64,000 nt of DNA from Ignavibacteriota bacterium (GCA_963701295.1 OY969585.1:2816001-2880000), one strand, 5' to 3'. Numbered from the stretch's first letter, positions 11,350 through 19,729 are shown. Program-made: numbers and translations. The notes: generated by a model from the sequence alone, not told the origin.

Positions 11350-11694
11350 TTAACGTAACCAGACAAAGCTACCATTTATCTCTTTAGCAAGTGTAACTGC
11401 GCCGTTGCCATAGTCATGACAAAAAATGTATTGATGAGGTAAGCGCAGTGCGACATCTTTAAATTTATGGTTTTTGTCCATAAGCTCGTCAAGAACTTGT
11501 TTAGAGCGTGATATTTTAGCTTTTGCCATTTCCGGAGTTGTATTCTCAATGTTCCATTCTGAATAACTATAAACGACTAAACAATTATCCTTCTCTTTCG
11601 AGAATACAACGCCATGATAATTAAAGGCATTACCCTCAATAAATTGATCTATGGCAATTTCAATACGCTGTGGCGTTGCGTCGGTAATATCCAT
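11350..11694 (-). CDS. Cassette: hypothetical protein (114 aa)
   Basis: The ORF fills the cassette, whose ends form a perfect 15-bp inverted repeat (GTTAGGCAGCGTAAG / CTTACGCTGCCTAAC). Confidence 0.75.
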   Translation of the reverse strand: MDITDATPQRIEIAIDQFIEGNAFNYHGVVFSKEKDNCLVVYSYSEWNIENTTPEMAKAKISRSKQVLDELMDKNHKFKDVALRLPHQYIFCHDYGNGAVTLAKEINGSFVWLR

Positions 11695-11982
11695 TATTCT
11701 TCCTTACGCTGCCTAACGGATTGCGGCTAAGCTGCCGCATGACCAACTTTAATTAACCACAAAACGAAACGAGTTCATGCTGATAACAAAATTAACATGT
11801 ACTCAACCAATGAAGTACTGAAAAGTTAATAATAAAAACGTCAAACCACCATCAGCCATGTAAATTGCTCCAACGCTCATCCGGTCAGCTTGAGCCGCTG
11901 GATATTACCAAAAAGGAATCTCCCGATTATGTACATTGATAATTCTCTAGGTCACCAACATCCACAATCTAAGGAGATTCCC

Positions 11983-12984
11983 ATGTATTACTCAGGTATC
12001 GATTTGCATTCTGATAATTGTTTTATCACCACTGTTGATGACACTGGTGCTGTCATCAAGCGACAACGTGTCGAGAATAACAATGAACGTGTTCTTGATT
12101 ACTTCCACTCTCTGCCCGGTCCTCATCACGCAGTCGTTGAGTCTACCACAGGATGGTACTGGCTCAACGATCTTCTCAGCGATCACGGCATCGAGCTTGT
12201 CCTTGCTCACGCCAAATATCTCAAAGCCATCAGTTATGCTAAAGTTAAAACAGATAAAGTCGATTCGCAAACTCTTGCTCTTCTCTTACGACAGGGACTC
12301 ATTCCACGGGCTCACAAAATCAGCCGAGAACTACGCGGCCTGCGCGATACCATGCGTATTCGTCTACGGCTCGTTCAGCAACGAACTGCCAGTCTTCTGC
12401 GTCTCTACAGTATTCAGACCAAATTTAACGGCTCTGTTCCGGATCCGTATCGTTTTCAACTTGCTGTCTTGCAACATACCAGAGACACTTTTACTGCTCA
12501 GATCCTCTCGCTGGAAAAATCTCTCCATCCTGTGCTGATTCCCAACGACGATATTCAACGGCTCTTGCACATTCCAGGTATCGGCAAGCTCACCGCATTC
12601 ACGGTGTATCTTGAAATCGACGGCATTGAACGATTCGACTCCGATAAAAAGTTTGTCTCTTACTGCCGACTCGTCCCTGCTGCCGATAACTCCAATCGCT
12701 CTGTGCACCATCGCTCCAGCAAAGACGGCAATAAGTATCTCAAAATCGCCTTCTCCGATGCCGCTGTTCATGCTATTCAGTACTATCCGGAATACAAACG
12801 CTTATTCCAGAAATTAGCTCGTCGCTCCAATGAGGCGACTGCGCGAACCGTCGTTGCCAAAGAACTTGCGAAGATTGTTTACTATGTCTTAAAAAACAAA
12901 ACAATATATAAAGGTCTCAAAGGTCAGCCGATCAGCCGGCATAAATCTCAGCAGTGGCCGCGCCTCTCAAGCCCGCTTTCCTAA
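11983..12984 (+). CDS. IS110-family DEDD transposase/recombinase
   Basis: GIDLHS, VVEST, KTDKVDS, IPGIGKLTA, and a GNKYLK motif; SD AAGGAG. Confidence 0.95.
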   Translation: MYYSGIDLHSDNCFITTVDDTGAVIKRQRVENNNERVLDYFHSLPGPHHAVVESTTGWYWLNDLLSDHGIELVLAHAKYLKAISYAKVKTDKVDSQTLALLLRQGLIPRAHKISRELRGLRDTMRIRLRLVQQRTASLLRLYSIQTKFNGSVPDPYRFQLAVLQHTRDTFTAQILSLEKSLHPVLIPNDDIQRLLHIPGIGKLTAFTVYLEIDGIERFDSDKKFVSYCRLVPAADNSNRSVHHRSSKDGNKYLKIAFSDAAVHAIQYYPEYKRLFQKLARRSNEATARTVVAKELAKIVYYVLKNKTIYKGLKGQPISRHKSQQWPRLSSPLS

Positions 12985-13140
12985 CTGATCCCGACTGCGT
13001 CGGGATCGTTCGCTGGATTGGGAAGAGAGTGCGCTGTGCCGTGGTAATATCTGGAACATCTCGCTCGACGAGATACGCTTTCACCATCGTTTCTTCAATG
13101 AGTGAATGTAAATCCGTAAACTGGTTTGGACGGCATTGCT
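12971..13140 (+). ncRNA. Candidate bridge/seek RNA of the IS110 element (boundaries approximate)
   Basis: Two stem-flanked loops carry guides for the target (CCTAAC 12980-12985; CGCTGG 13011-13016) and the donor junction (GGTAATATC 13043-13051; TAAACTGG 13117-13124). Confidence 0.75.
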
Positions 13141-13294
13141 CTGGTAATCGCCTGTCTATTCGATAGAGAACGCGGCATCGGCACGGATTCGGTCGTCCTT
13201 AATGTTAAAGAACTCTGCATTCCGATTGCGCGGAACGCATCGGGAGTATATTATTTACTTGACTCTTTCCTTTTTAAACTGGTTAGGCAGCGCT

Positions 13295-13699
13295 TTATTT
13301 CTTATCGTTCTTTGAATCTAATTTTTTCATCTCGAAACCTCTAACGATGACATACGCAATGAGAGCAACCAGAAAAAATATAAGGAGCATCCACGCAATA
13401 CTCTGCAATGAATCGATAATAGATTTGTACACCTCTATAATCCATCGGTCAGAAGTAAGCTGAAGAATTCTGCCTTCTTTGTCCGATGTAATGTACTTTT
13501 CGAGATCCCATAATCTCACTCCGCCGGAAATGCCAACAACAAATATTGCAAAGAGGATGTACCGTCGCCAAGTGGGAGCCAGATCCTCGCTGACAAGTCG
13601 GCTAAGAATTTTTGTAATGGGTCGTGCGAAGAGGAATGCAACCAAAGTTGACATCGCCAATGCAATAACGAAGGTTACAATTAACAATGTGACAAACAT
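13295..13699 (-). CDS. Cassette: hypothetical 3-TM membrane protein
   Basis: 134-aa hydrophobic ORF, SD AGGAGG; cassette ends form a perfect 16-bp inverted repeat. Confidence 0.82.
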   Translation of the reverse strand: MFVTLLIVTFVIALAMSTLVAFLFARPITKILSRLVSEDLAPTWRRYILFAIFVVGISGGVRLWDLEKYITSDKEGRILQLTSDRWIIEVYKSIIDSLQSIAWMLLIFFLVALIAYVIVRGFEMKKLDSKNDKK

Positions 13700-13734
13700 G
13701 TGATACCTCCTTTTGACAAATAACTTAAAGCGCT

Positions 13735-13889
13735 GCCTAACGGACGCGGCTAAGCTGCGACGACGAAAACTATCAATCTTGTACCCAACGAAACGAGTTC
13801 AAGCAGGATCTTTCCAATTCCACAAGAACACTATTTGCCATGTTTAATGTACCGTCGCGCAATTCGTCAGCTTGAGCCGCTGGTTGCGC
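13735..13889 (-). repeat. attC-like site (155 bp), 1-nt deletion in R''
   Basis: GCCTAAC...GCTTGAGCCGCTG GTTGCGC, where the other end of the cassette predicts GTTAGCGC. Confidence 0.85.
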
Positions 13890-13895
13890 GCAAAG

Positions 13896-14375
13896 TTACC
13901 CGCATCCACAGCCACCCTGTGCTTTAACCATTTCGGTTCGAGTTTCGTTCTTAATAGTTATGATACTCTCCATCCACTCGAATTCACAATTATCGTTTGT
14001 TGGAGAACATACAGTGAGAAATATAAGCTTTACCTTGACGAAATATTTCCCGTATGAGTATAGCTTAATAATAGAATCGCCGACCTGTAATAATTTCTTT
14101 TGCGGCCGTACTTCTTCAATCAACTTGAGACTAATGTCATGACCATCGAGGTTCATCCAACCGATGGTGTCCTTAGCCGATCCGTCGCTGTGAAAAATGT
14201 CGCCAGACTTATGCGTGGCATCTAGATAGAAATTGCAGCCGCATTCGTCTCTATGCTCAGGAATAGATATGGGTGCAACAATGGATTTTTCCTGCGACAA
14301 TGAAAATTGGCTAGATATAGTGCATGCTAAACAGCATACGAATAAAAAGCAGAACCTATTTAGAATTATAATCAT
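13896..14375 (-). CDS. Cassette: hypothetical secreted Cys-containing protein
   Basis: Signal-like N-terminus; ECGC, C...C and terminal GGCGCG. Confidence 0.75.
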   Translation of the reverse strand: MIIILNRFCFLFVCCLACTISSQFSLSQEKSIVAPISIPEHRDECGCNFYLDATHKSGDIFHSDGSAKDTIGWMNLDGHDISLKLIEEVRPQKKLLQVGDSIIKLYSYGKYFVKVKLIFLTVCSPTNDNCEFEWMESIITIKNETRTEMVKAQGGCGCG

Positions 14376-14390
14376 TGATTTTACTTTGCG

Positions 14391-14578
14391 CGCTAACGGA
14401 CCGCAACTAAGCTGCGGCGCTGATAATTTTCAATATACACAAAACGAAGTGAGTTCATGCTAAAAGTTTATTATTAAACATCTAAACCTCTACGCGCCAT
14501 GCTTAACGTACCCATTTACCCGCCATGCTTTATCTTTGGGCGAGCGCTCATTCCGTCAGCTTGAGCGCCTGGTTAGGT
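14391..14578 (-). repeat. attC-like site with ~30-bp degenerate hairpin insertion
   Basis: CGCTAAC...GTTAGGT; extra TTTACCCGCCATGCTTTATCTTTGGGCGAG at 14515-14544. Confidence 0.85.
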
Positions 14579-14591
14579 GAACTTGCAACTA

Positions 14592-16796
14592 CTATTTGAT
14601 TAACAACATTTTCTTTACCACAAAAAAACCTCCAGCTTCGATGCGATAGAAATATACTCCGGAGGCAGAGGAAGATCCATTCCACTCTCTTGAATATGAT
14701 CCTGAATCTAAATCTCTATCGACAAGAGTTGCTATCTGATTGCCTAACAAATCAAAGATCCTGACGTGAACTTTACATCGAAAAGGAATAGAGAAATTGA
14801 TTCTTGTCAACGGATTAAAAGGGTTTGGGTAGTTCTGCTCCAGATGGAATCCATTAATCTTATTATTACTAGATTGTTGTACGTTCGTTGTCGAATGAAT
14901 GCTTCTAAATACGCCCTGCCTATAAGTGCCTGCAAATAGAAGTCCTGAATGATCTGGGGCCAAGGCAAAAACAGAAGTACTCGTCAAACCGTTGTTCAGA
15001 AGATTCCATGTTACACCAGCATCTGTTGACTGGAAAACTCCATCGCCAGAGTTACTATAGCTACCAACATAAATGTTCGATCTGGAGTTTAATGCGATAC
15101 AATTAATTGAAACATTTGGAAGACCAATATTTTCCCATGACAGACCATTGTTGTTAGAACGAAATAATCCATTGTCATAAGTCCCTGCATAAAGGTTTCC
15201 CACTGAATCAACTGCAAGACTGTAAATGTACGTATCTGGAATTCCTATACTAGTTGACGTCCAATTGTTGCCATTGTCAGTAGTGCGAAAAACATGTCCA
15301 CTTGGGAGTCCATTTACATTGCCAGTTCCAGCATAAATGAAGCCACTATTCGGCACTGCAATCATGCAGTTTACACTCCAATCTTCGAGACCAACATTTG
15401 CTTGTGCCCAAGTATCTCCACGGTCTGTGGATCGATAGACACCGAGATATGATCCAGCGAAGATACTTTGGTTCGGTGCTATTGCAAGAGCATTGAGTCT
15501 GATGGAATCCAAAGGCGTTTGCATCCAAGTAGCGCCAAGGTTCGTGCTTCGATATACACCATTGCTAGTACCAGTATAGACCCAATTACTCGAATCGATT
15601 GAGATCGATTGAATCCATGAACTTTTCAGACCCTCGTTAGATTCTTGCCAACTCGTGCCCCCATCGGTAGAACGGAATAGTCCATTGCCAATGTATGGCC
15701 CCGAATAGCCATAACCAGTTCCAGCAAAGATATATCCATTCCGACTAACACAGATCGAATGAATCCATGTATTGAGTAATCCGAGATTTCCTTCCGACCA
15801 GTGAGCACCAAAGTCTGTGGAAAAGCAAATGCCGCCACCTCCGGTACCTGTAAACAAACGGCCAGAGTGATCCGAATAAATCGAGTTTATGTACATGCTT
15901 GATAATCCATTGCTGGAACCCAGCCAACTGATGCCATGATTGGTCGAGCAAAAGACTCCATGACCTAAAGAGGCTGAGACCTGACCGGTGCCAGCATACA
16001 GGCGATTGGCATTGTCAGCCACTAGAGAGTGAATGTACTCGGCGGGTAAGCCAGAGTCAGCTGTGAACCAGTCATCTCCAGAATTTGTGGAGCGATACAC
16101 CTGACCAGCATATGTCCCAGCGTATACATCATTGTTTAAATCGACAGTGATGGCAGAAATCCATTCTGGTTGTTTAACGACAACCCAGGAATTACCACCA
16201 TCAGTTGACCGATGTAATCCACCAGTTCCTCCACCAGTCATACCGTGATACTCTTCCTCGGTTCCTGCGAAAATGAAGCCCTGTTGATTCTCCGCAAAAG
16301 CCCGAATGGAAAAGTTTGTCAATCCAATATTCAATTGATACCACGAACTACCCTCATTTGTTGATCGATAGATACCACCGCCAGATGTCCCAACAAAAAC
16401 AGCTCCGTTTCGAGTGATAAGAAGAACATTGGTGTATGTTGAAGTCATCCAGTTATCGATACGTTCCCAGCTTTGTGCATGATTTGTCGACTTGAAAACA
16501 CCCTCTACAGTTCCAACAAAAAGAACGGTATCAGATCCTACAGCAATAGTTGTAATTGATAATGAAGTCAATCCAGCATTTGAAGAAGACCAACTTTTTC
16601 CTTCATCGGTTGATTTGAAGATGCCACTTCCATCAGTGCCAGCGTAGAGTGTGCCATTAGAATCGGACACAATCGATGACACGTACGCCCCAAAAGGTCC
16701 ATTTGATTGCTGCCAGAAGTTTGCCTGAGCAATAGCAAATGTTGGAATAAGAAACAAAAAGCAAATGATTAAATACTTCATATGATACTTCCACAT
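14592..16796 (-). CDS. Cassette: large BNR/Asp-box beta-propeller protein with T9SS CTD (start may be 16781)
   Basis: Many SxDxGxxW repeats, a signal peptide and QNYPNPFNP...KKMLLIK; cassette ends form a perfect 16-bp inverted repeat. Confidence 0.9.
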   Translation of the reverse strand: MWKYHMKYLIICFLFLIPTFAIAQANFWQQSNGPFGAYVSSIVSDSNGTLYAGTDGSGIFKSTDEGKSWSSSNAGLTSLSITTIAVGSDTVLFVGTVEGVFKSTNHAQSWERIDNWMTSTYTNVLLITRNGAVFVGTSGGGIYRSTNEGSSWYQLNIGLTNFSIRAFAENQQGFIFAGTEEEYHGMTGGGTGGLHRSTDGGNSWVVVKQPEWISAITVDLNNDVYAGTYAGQVYRSTNSGDDWFTADSGLPAEYIHSLVADNANRLYAGTGQVSASLGHGVFCSTNHGISWLGSSNGLSSMYINSIYSDHSGRLFTGTGGGGICFSTDFGAHWSEGNLGLLNTWIHSICVSRNGYIFAGTGYGYSGPYIGNGLFRSTDGGTSWQESNEGLKSSWIQSISIDSSNWVYTGTSNGVYRSTNLGATWMQTPLDSIRLNALAIAPNQSIFAGSYLGVYRSTDRGDTWAQANVGLEDWSVNCMIAVPNSGFIYAGTGNVNGLPSGHVFRTTDNGNNWTSTSIGIPDTYIYSLAVDSVGNLYAGTYDNGLFRSNNNGLSWENIGLPNVSINCIALNSRSNIYVGSYSNSGDGVFQSTDAGVTWNLLNNGLTSTSVFALAPDHSGLLFAGTYRQGVFRSIHSTTNVQQSSNNKINGFHLEQNYPNPFNPLTRINFSIPFRCKVHVRIFDLLGNQIATLVDRDLDSGSYSREWNGSSSASGVYFYRIEAGGFFVVKKMLLIK

Positions 16797-16811
16797 TATT
16801 TATGCAAGTTC

Positions 16812-17008
16812 ACCTAACGGACCGGCGCTAAGCTGCGGCAATGATAACCCGCAAGCTGCTGAAAACGAACTAAGTTCATTCTGAAAACCAAATTAAATAT
16901 TCCTCAACCAATGAGGTACTGAAAAGTTAATTATAAAAACCTAAACCCACCACAAGCAATGCTTAACGTACCCCAGCTCATTCCGTCAGCTTGAGCGCCT
17001 GGTTAGAA
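16812..17008 (-). repeat. attC-like site, long class (197 bp), apparently intact
   Basis: ACCTAAC GGACCGGC GCTAAGC ... GCTTGAGC GCCTG GTTAGAA. Confidence 0.9.
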
Positions 17009-17063
17009 CGCACGCGGCACAATTTATAAATGATGAACAAAATGGATATTGTTTAATTGTAAG

Positions 17064-17660
17064 TCACATTTCTTTCGTAACGTTATCAACCCATGTCGCA
17101 AAATTCTCATATCCGTCATCTGCTACCCAATCATAAACGGAATACCACTTTTTTAATTGATAAGTTTGGCTCCACTCCTCACGTGGGAGTTGATTTTCCA
17201 GCGTGTATCCGTTTTTATCCACGCTGGTTTGCCAAGCCGTGTTATTCCATTCGAGAAATTCCAGACTTGTTCCATTGCCATTATAACGGATTGCTAAATA
17301 ATCGAATGGATTCGGGCCAAGTGCTTTGATCGTTTGGCTTTTATCTTTAATACTATTTATATGAACTCCGAACATACCGTTTCCTTTCGATATGCTCTTG
17401 AATATTTCATATCGAACCCAGCGACGGGCATATGTATCACTTCCAATTAGTACAACTGTAGCGGATGTGTTCACGAGCGCATCATCAATAAGGCGTTTGA
17501 TTGCTTCAGGGCCGGTTTTTCGTGCTTTTTCCCAAATTGAAGCGTCAAAAAATCCCGCATCATCTCTGGTCTCTTTAGTCAGGTCATGTTTTCGAACAAC
17601 GTTCGCGCGAAACGTTTCAACATCCTCATAGTCAAAGCTGAAAAATACTCTTTTTGCCAT
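17064..17660 (-). CDS. Cassette 1 gene B: TIR-like domain protein (MTH538/DUF1863, ThsB-like)
   Basis: KRVFFSFDYED, TSATVVLIGSDTYARRWVRYEI with the catalytic-position Glu. Confidence 0.88.
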   Translation of the reverse strand: MAKRVFFSFDYEDVETFRANVVRKHDLTKETRDDAGFFDASIWEKARKTGPEAIKRLIDDALVNTSATVVLIGSDTYARRWVRYEIFKSISKGNGMFGVHINSIKDKSQTIKALGPNPFDYLAIRYNGNGTSLEFLEWNNTAWQTSVDKNGYTLENQLPREEWSQTYQLKKWYSVYDWVADDGYENFATWVDNVTKEM

Positions 17661-17662
17661 AT

Positions 17663-18058
17663 TTAAAGTGTCCACATGATTAAGATGATTGTCCCAATCA
17701 ACACTGCATAAAAAGGGAGAATCGTTTTTGAAAATACTGTCTTGAGATATGTATGTTTATCCATGGCATTTTGGGAAAACTTCATGGAAAAATCTATACT
17801 TGATTCCTCCTTTATCCTTACTTCATCATACAACTCTCTAAACAACCTTTCCTGCCATAAGTAATAAGAATCAAGAAGCCAAAAGATGAAGATCGGAATA
17901 TATGCGATGAGGATGTACTGGTTCTTAGTTCCAGAAGAAAGCGCTGTTAGAGCCGCAACAATTGTGATACACCATCCTTTAGCAAAAAATGAATTGTTTC
18001 CAAGTCTGTTAATAACGCCCTGGATAAATTCTAAATGTTTGAGTTTCTTTTCGTTCAT
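17663..18058 (-). CDS. Cassette 1 gene A: small 3-TM protein translationally coupled to the TIR gene
   Basis: KHLEFIQGVINRLGNNSFFAKGW...FWLLDSYYLWQERLFRELY; the stop lies 2 bp before the TIR ATG. Confidence 0.85.
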   Translation of the reverse strand: MNEKKLKHLEFIQGVINRLGNNSFFAKGWCITIVAALTALSSGTKNQYILIAYIPIFIFWLLDSYYLWQERLFRELYDEVRIKEESSIDFSMKFSQNAMDKHTYLKTVFSKTILPFYAVLIGTIILIMWTL

Positions 18059-18097
18059 GGAATCACCATAGTCTAAAGATCAAAGAATTTTCGTGCG

Positions 18098-18172
18098 TTC
18101 TAACAATGATTAGACTGCATACCACAGCCTAATACGCTTTTTTGTGTGTTAGACTACATATTGCGGCCTAAC
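18098..18172 (-). other. attI-like site
   Basis: Core GTTAGAA of the first cassette, preceded on the minus strand by GTCTAAT and by two 23-bp imperfect direct repeats (18110-18132, 18149-18171; 18/23 identical) rather than by an attC. Confidence 0.65.
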
Positions 18173-18254
18173 ATGATGAACTTGGTAACTATGAAACGGA
18201 TTCTGGCAGCTCCCAACAATTCCCCACTTTCTTCGGATACTTATCCGCGCAGGT

Positions 18255-18283
18255 AATCTATCAATAGCATCTTTAAAACGCAA
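18255..18283 (-). promoter_or_regulatory. Candidate Pc cassette promoter
   Basis: Minus strand TTGCGT-N17-TAGATT with a TGn extension, pointing into the array. Confidence 0.55.
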
Positions 18284-18540
18284 GGGAATAAATTTCTATC
18301 CTCGAAGAAGCCCTAAGAGACCCTAATATTTTCCAGAAACAAAATATTAGAAATCGAATCGCCATATGGAATGAAAATAATTTCCAGAAAAAATTATAGG
18401 AAAACCACTTCCCCATCCTCTCTACATTGATTCCTCTGGTATATCGAAGTAGAAGATACTCCAGAAACTCCTGTAAGGCTTAAAAGGTTGAGGCTCAAAA
18501 GAATGCTATTCTGAATCCTCTTTTTACTTAGCATCGTAAA

Positions 18541-18566
18541 GAAAAGCGCTCAATCTTGCGCTTTTC
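18541..18566. terminator. Possible bidirectional terminator hairpin
   Basis: GAAAAGCGC-N8-GCGCTTTTC. Confidence 0.45.
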
Positions 18567-18880
18567 TCCACCGTCACAGATAGGCAACGGCTTTATGTTG
18601 GAGGGATTGTCGGAGGGATGGAAAGCGGGTGAAAAGCGCGGACGGGACAGTATCGAGTAACATAGACAACAACGCCATAGTTGAACCAAAGGTGAAATAA
18701 AAGCATTAATATGTTATCGTAGATTTGTTTGCTGTTTATTGGCGGGAATGTTACACTCATTGGCGAAGAGCCAAATAATGGCGTGTTCAAATTGAAAAGA
18801 CAGATCTGCAAAAATATTTGTACCCAAATTGTAACATTTTGAAAATTCTTGTATCTAAAAGGCAAACAACAGGAGAATCT

Positions 18881-19729
18881 ATGAAACAGTTTGCCAAATT
18901 ATCAATTCTAATCGCTTTCTCAGCTTTGACAATGAATGTCTTTGGGCAAAGCAATAATTACCCTTTTGAAATAAAAATCTCTGGAAAAGGAATTCATTCA
19001 ATAATCTTCATCCCCGGTTTTGCTTGTTCGGGAAAAGTTTGGGATGAAACAAAAATACTCTACGAAACTAAGTACACTTGCTACATTTTGACTATGGCTG
19101 GTTTTGCAGAAGTTCCTCCTCAGTCTCAACCAACATTTCAGAATTGGGAGAAAGCCATTGCTGCATACATCCAACAAAACAAAATAGACAAGCCCATCAT
19201 TGTAGGGCATAGTTTAGGCGGTGGTTTAGCTATGGCATTAGCTGCTGATTATCCTGATCTCATTTCTAAAATAGTTATTGTCGATGCACTGCCTTGTTTG
19301 GCTGCATTAATGGATACTTCGTTTCAAGTAAAAGAAAACAATGATTGTAGTGCTATGGTATCACAAATCACATCAGCAACGAACGAACAGTTTTATCAAA
19401 TGCAAAAACAAAACATACCACATTTATTGGCAGATACATCAAAACATGACCTTGTGGTTAGCTGGTCGGTTCAATCAGACAGAACAACATTTGCAGAAAT
19501 GTATTGTGATTTTTCTAATACTGACTTACGAGAGAAGATTTCTGGTATTACATGCCCTGCATTAATTTTATTGGAATCATCTTTCGAGAACTTCAAACCG
19601 GCAATAAATGAACAATTCAAAAATCTGAAGACTTCCAATTTGCAATATGCCACGAAAGGTCTCCACTTTATTATGTATGACGACAAAGATTGGTATAACA
19701 CACAACTCAACAACTTTATTGGACGATAA
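18881..19729 (+). CDS. Secreted alpha/beta hydrolase
   Basis: IFIPGF, GHSLGG, GLHFIMYD; SD AGGAG. Confidence 0.9.
   Translation: MKQFAKLSILIAFSALTMNVFGQSNNYPFEIKISGKGIHSIIFIPGFACSGKVWDETKILYETKYTCYILTMAGFAEVPPQSQPTFQNWEKAIAAYIQQNKIDKPIIVGHSLGGGLAMALAADYPDLISKIVIVDALPCLAALMDTSFQVKENNDCSAMVSQITSATNEQFYQMQKQNIPHLLADTSKHDLVVSWSVQSDRTTFAEMYCDFSNTDLREKISGITCPALILLESSFENFKPAINEQFKNLKTSNLQYATKGLHFIMYDDKDWYNTQLNNFIGR

Larger units (their letters stand above)
11902..13282 (+). mobile_element. IS110-family (IS1111-like) insertion sequence, 1381 bp, inserted in attC
   Basis: CTGG core at both junctions (11898-11901 and 13279-13282); sub-terminal IR AAAAAGGAA / TTCCTTTTT; long 3' non-coding region. Confidence 0.92.
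11711..13288 (-). repeat. attC-like site, long class (197 bp when reconstructed), split by IS110
   Basis: 11711-11901 joined to 13283-13288 restores ...GCTTGAGCCGCTGGTTAGGC. Confidence 0.88.
3597..18283 (-). mobile_element. Integron-like gene cassette array: 11 cassettes, 10 full attC sites + 1 truncated, attI-like site and Pc; no adjacent intI (CALIN-like)
   Basis: All ORFs are co-oriented on the minus strand and separated by repeats with RYYTAAC...GCTCAAGC...GCTTAGC...GTTRRRY architecture. The two ends of most cassettes are reverse complements over 7-16 bp. Confidence 0.9.

Noticed and set aside
11890-11982. N-terminal extensions in the ORF track (11890, and similarly 11239, 8982, 18818, 19647, 61581)
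   Set aside because: They run into attC/IS ends or upstream genes; better starts with SD sequences or signal peptides lie downstream.
4226-17008. Intergenic repeats as a CRISPR array or ncRNA family
   Set aside because: Spacers are whole genes, repeats are over 150 bp with attC box architecture, and there are no cas genes.
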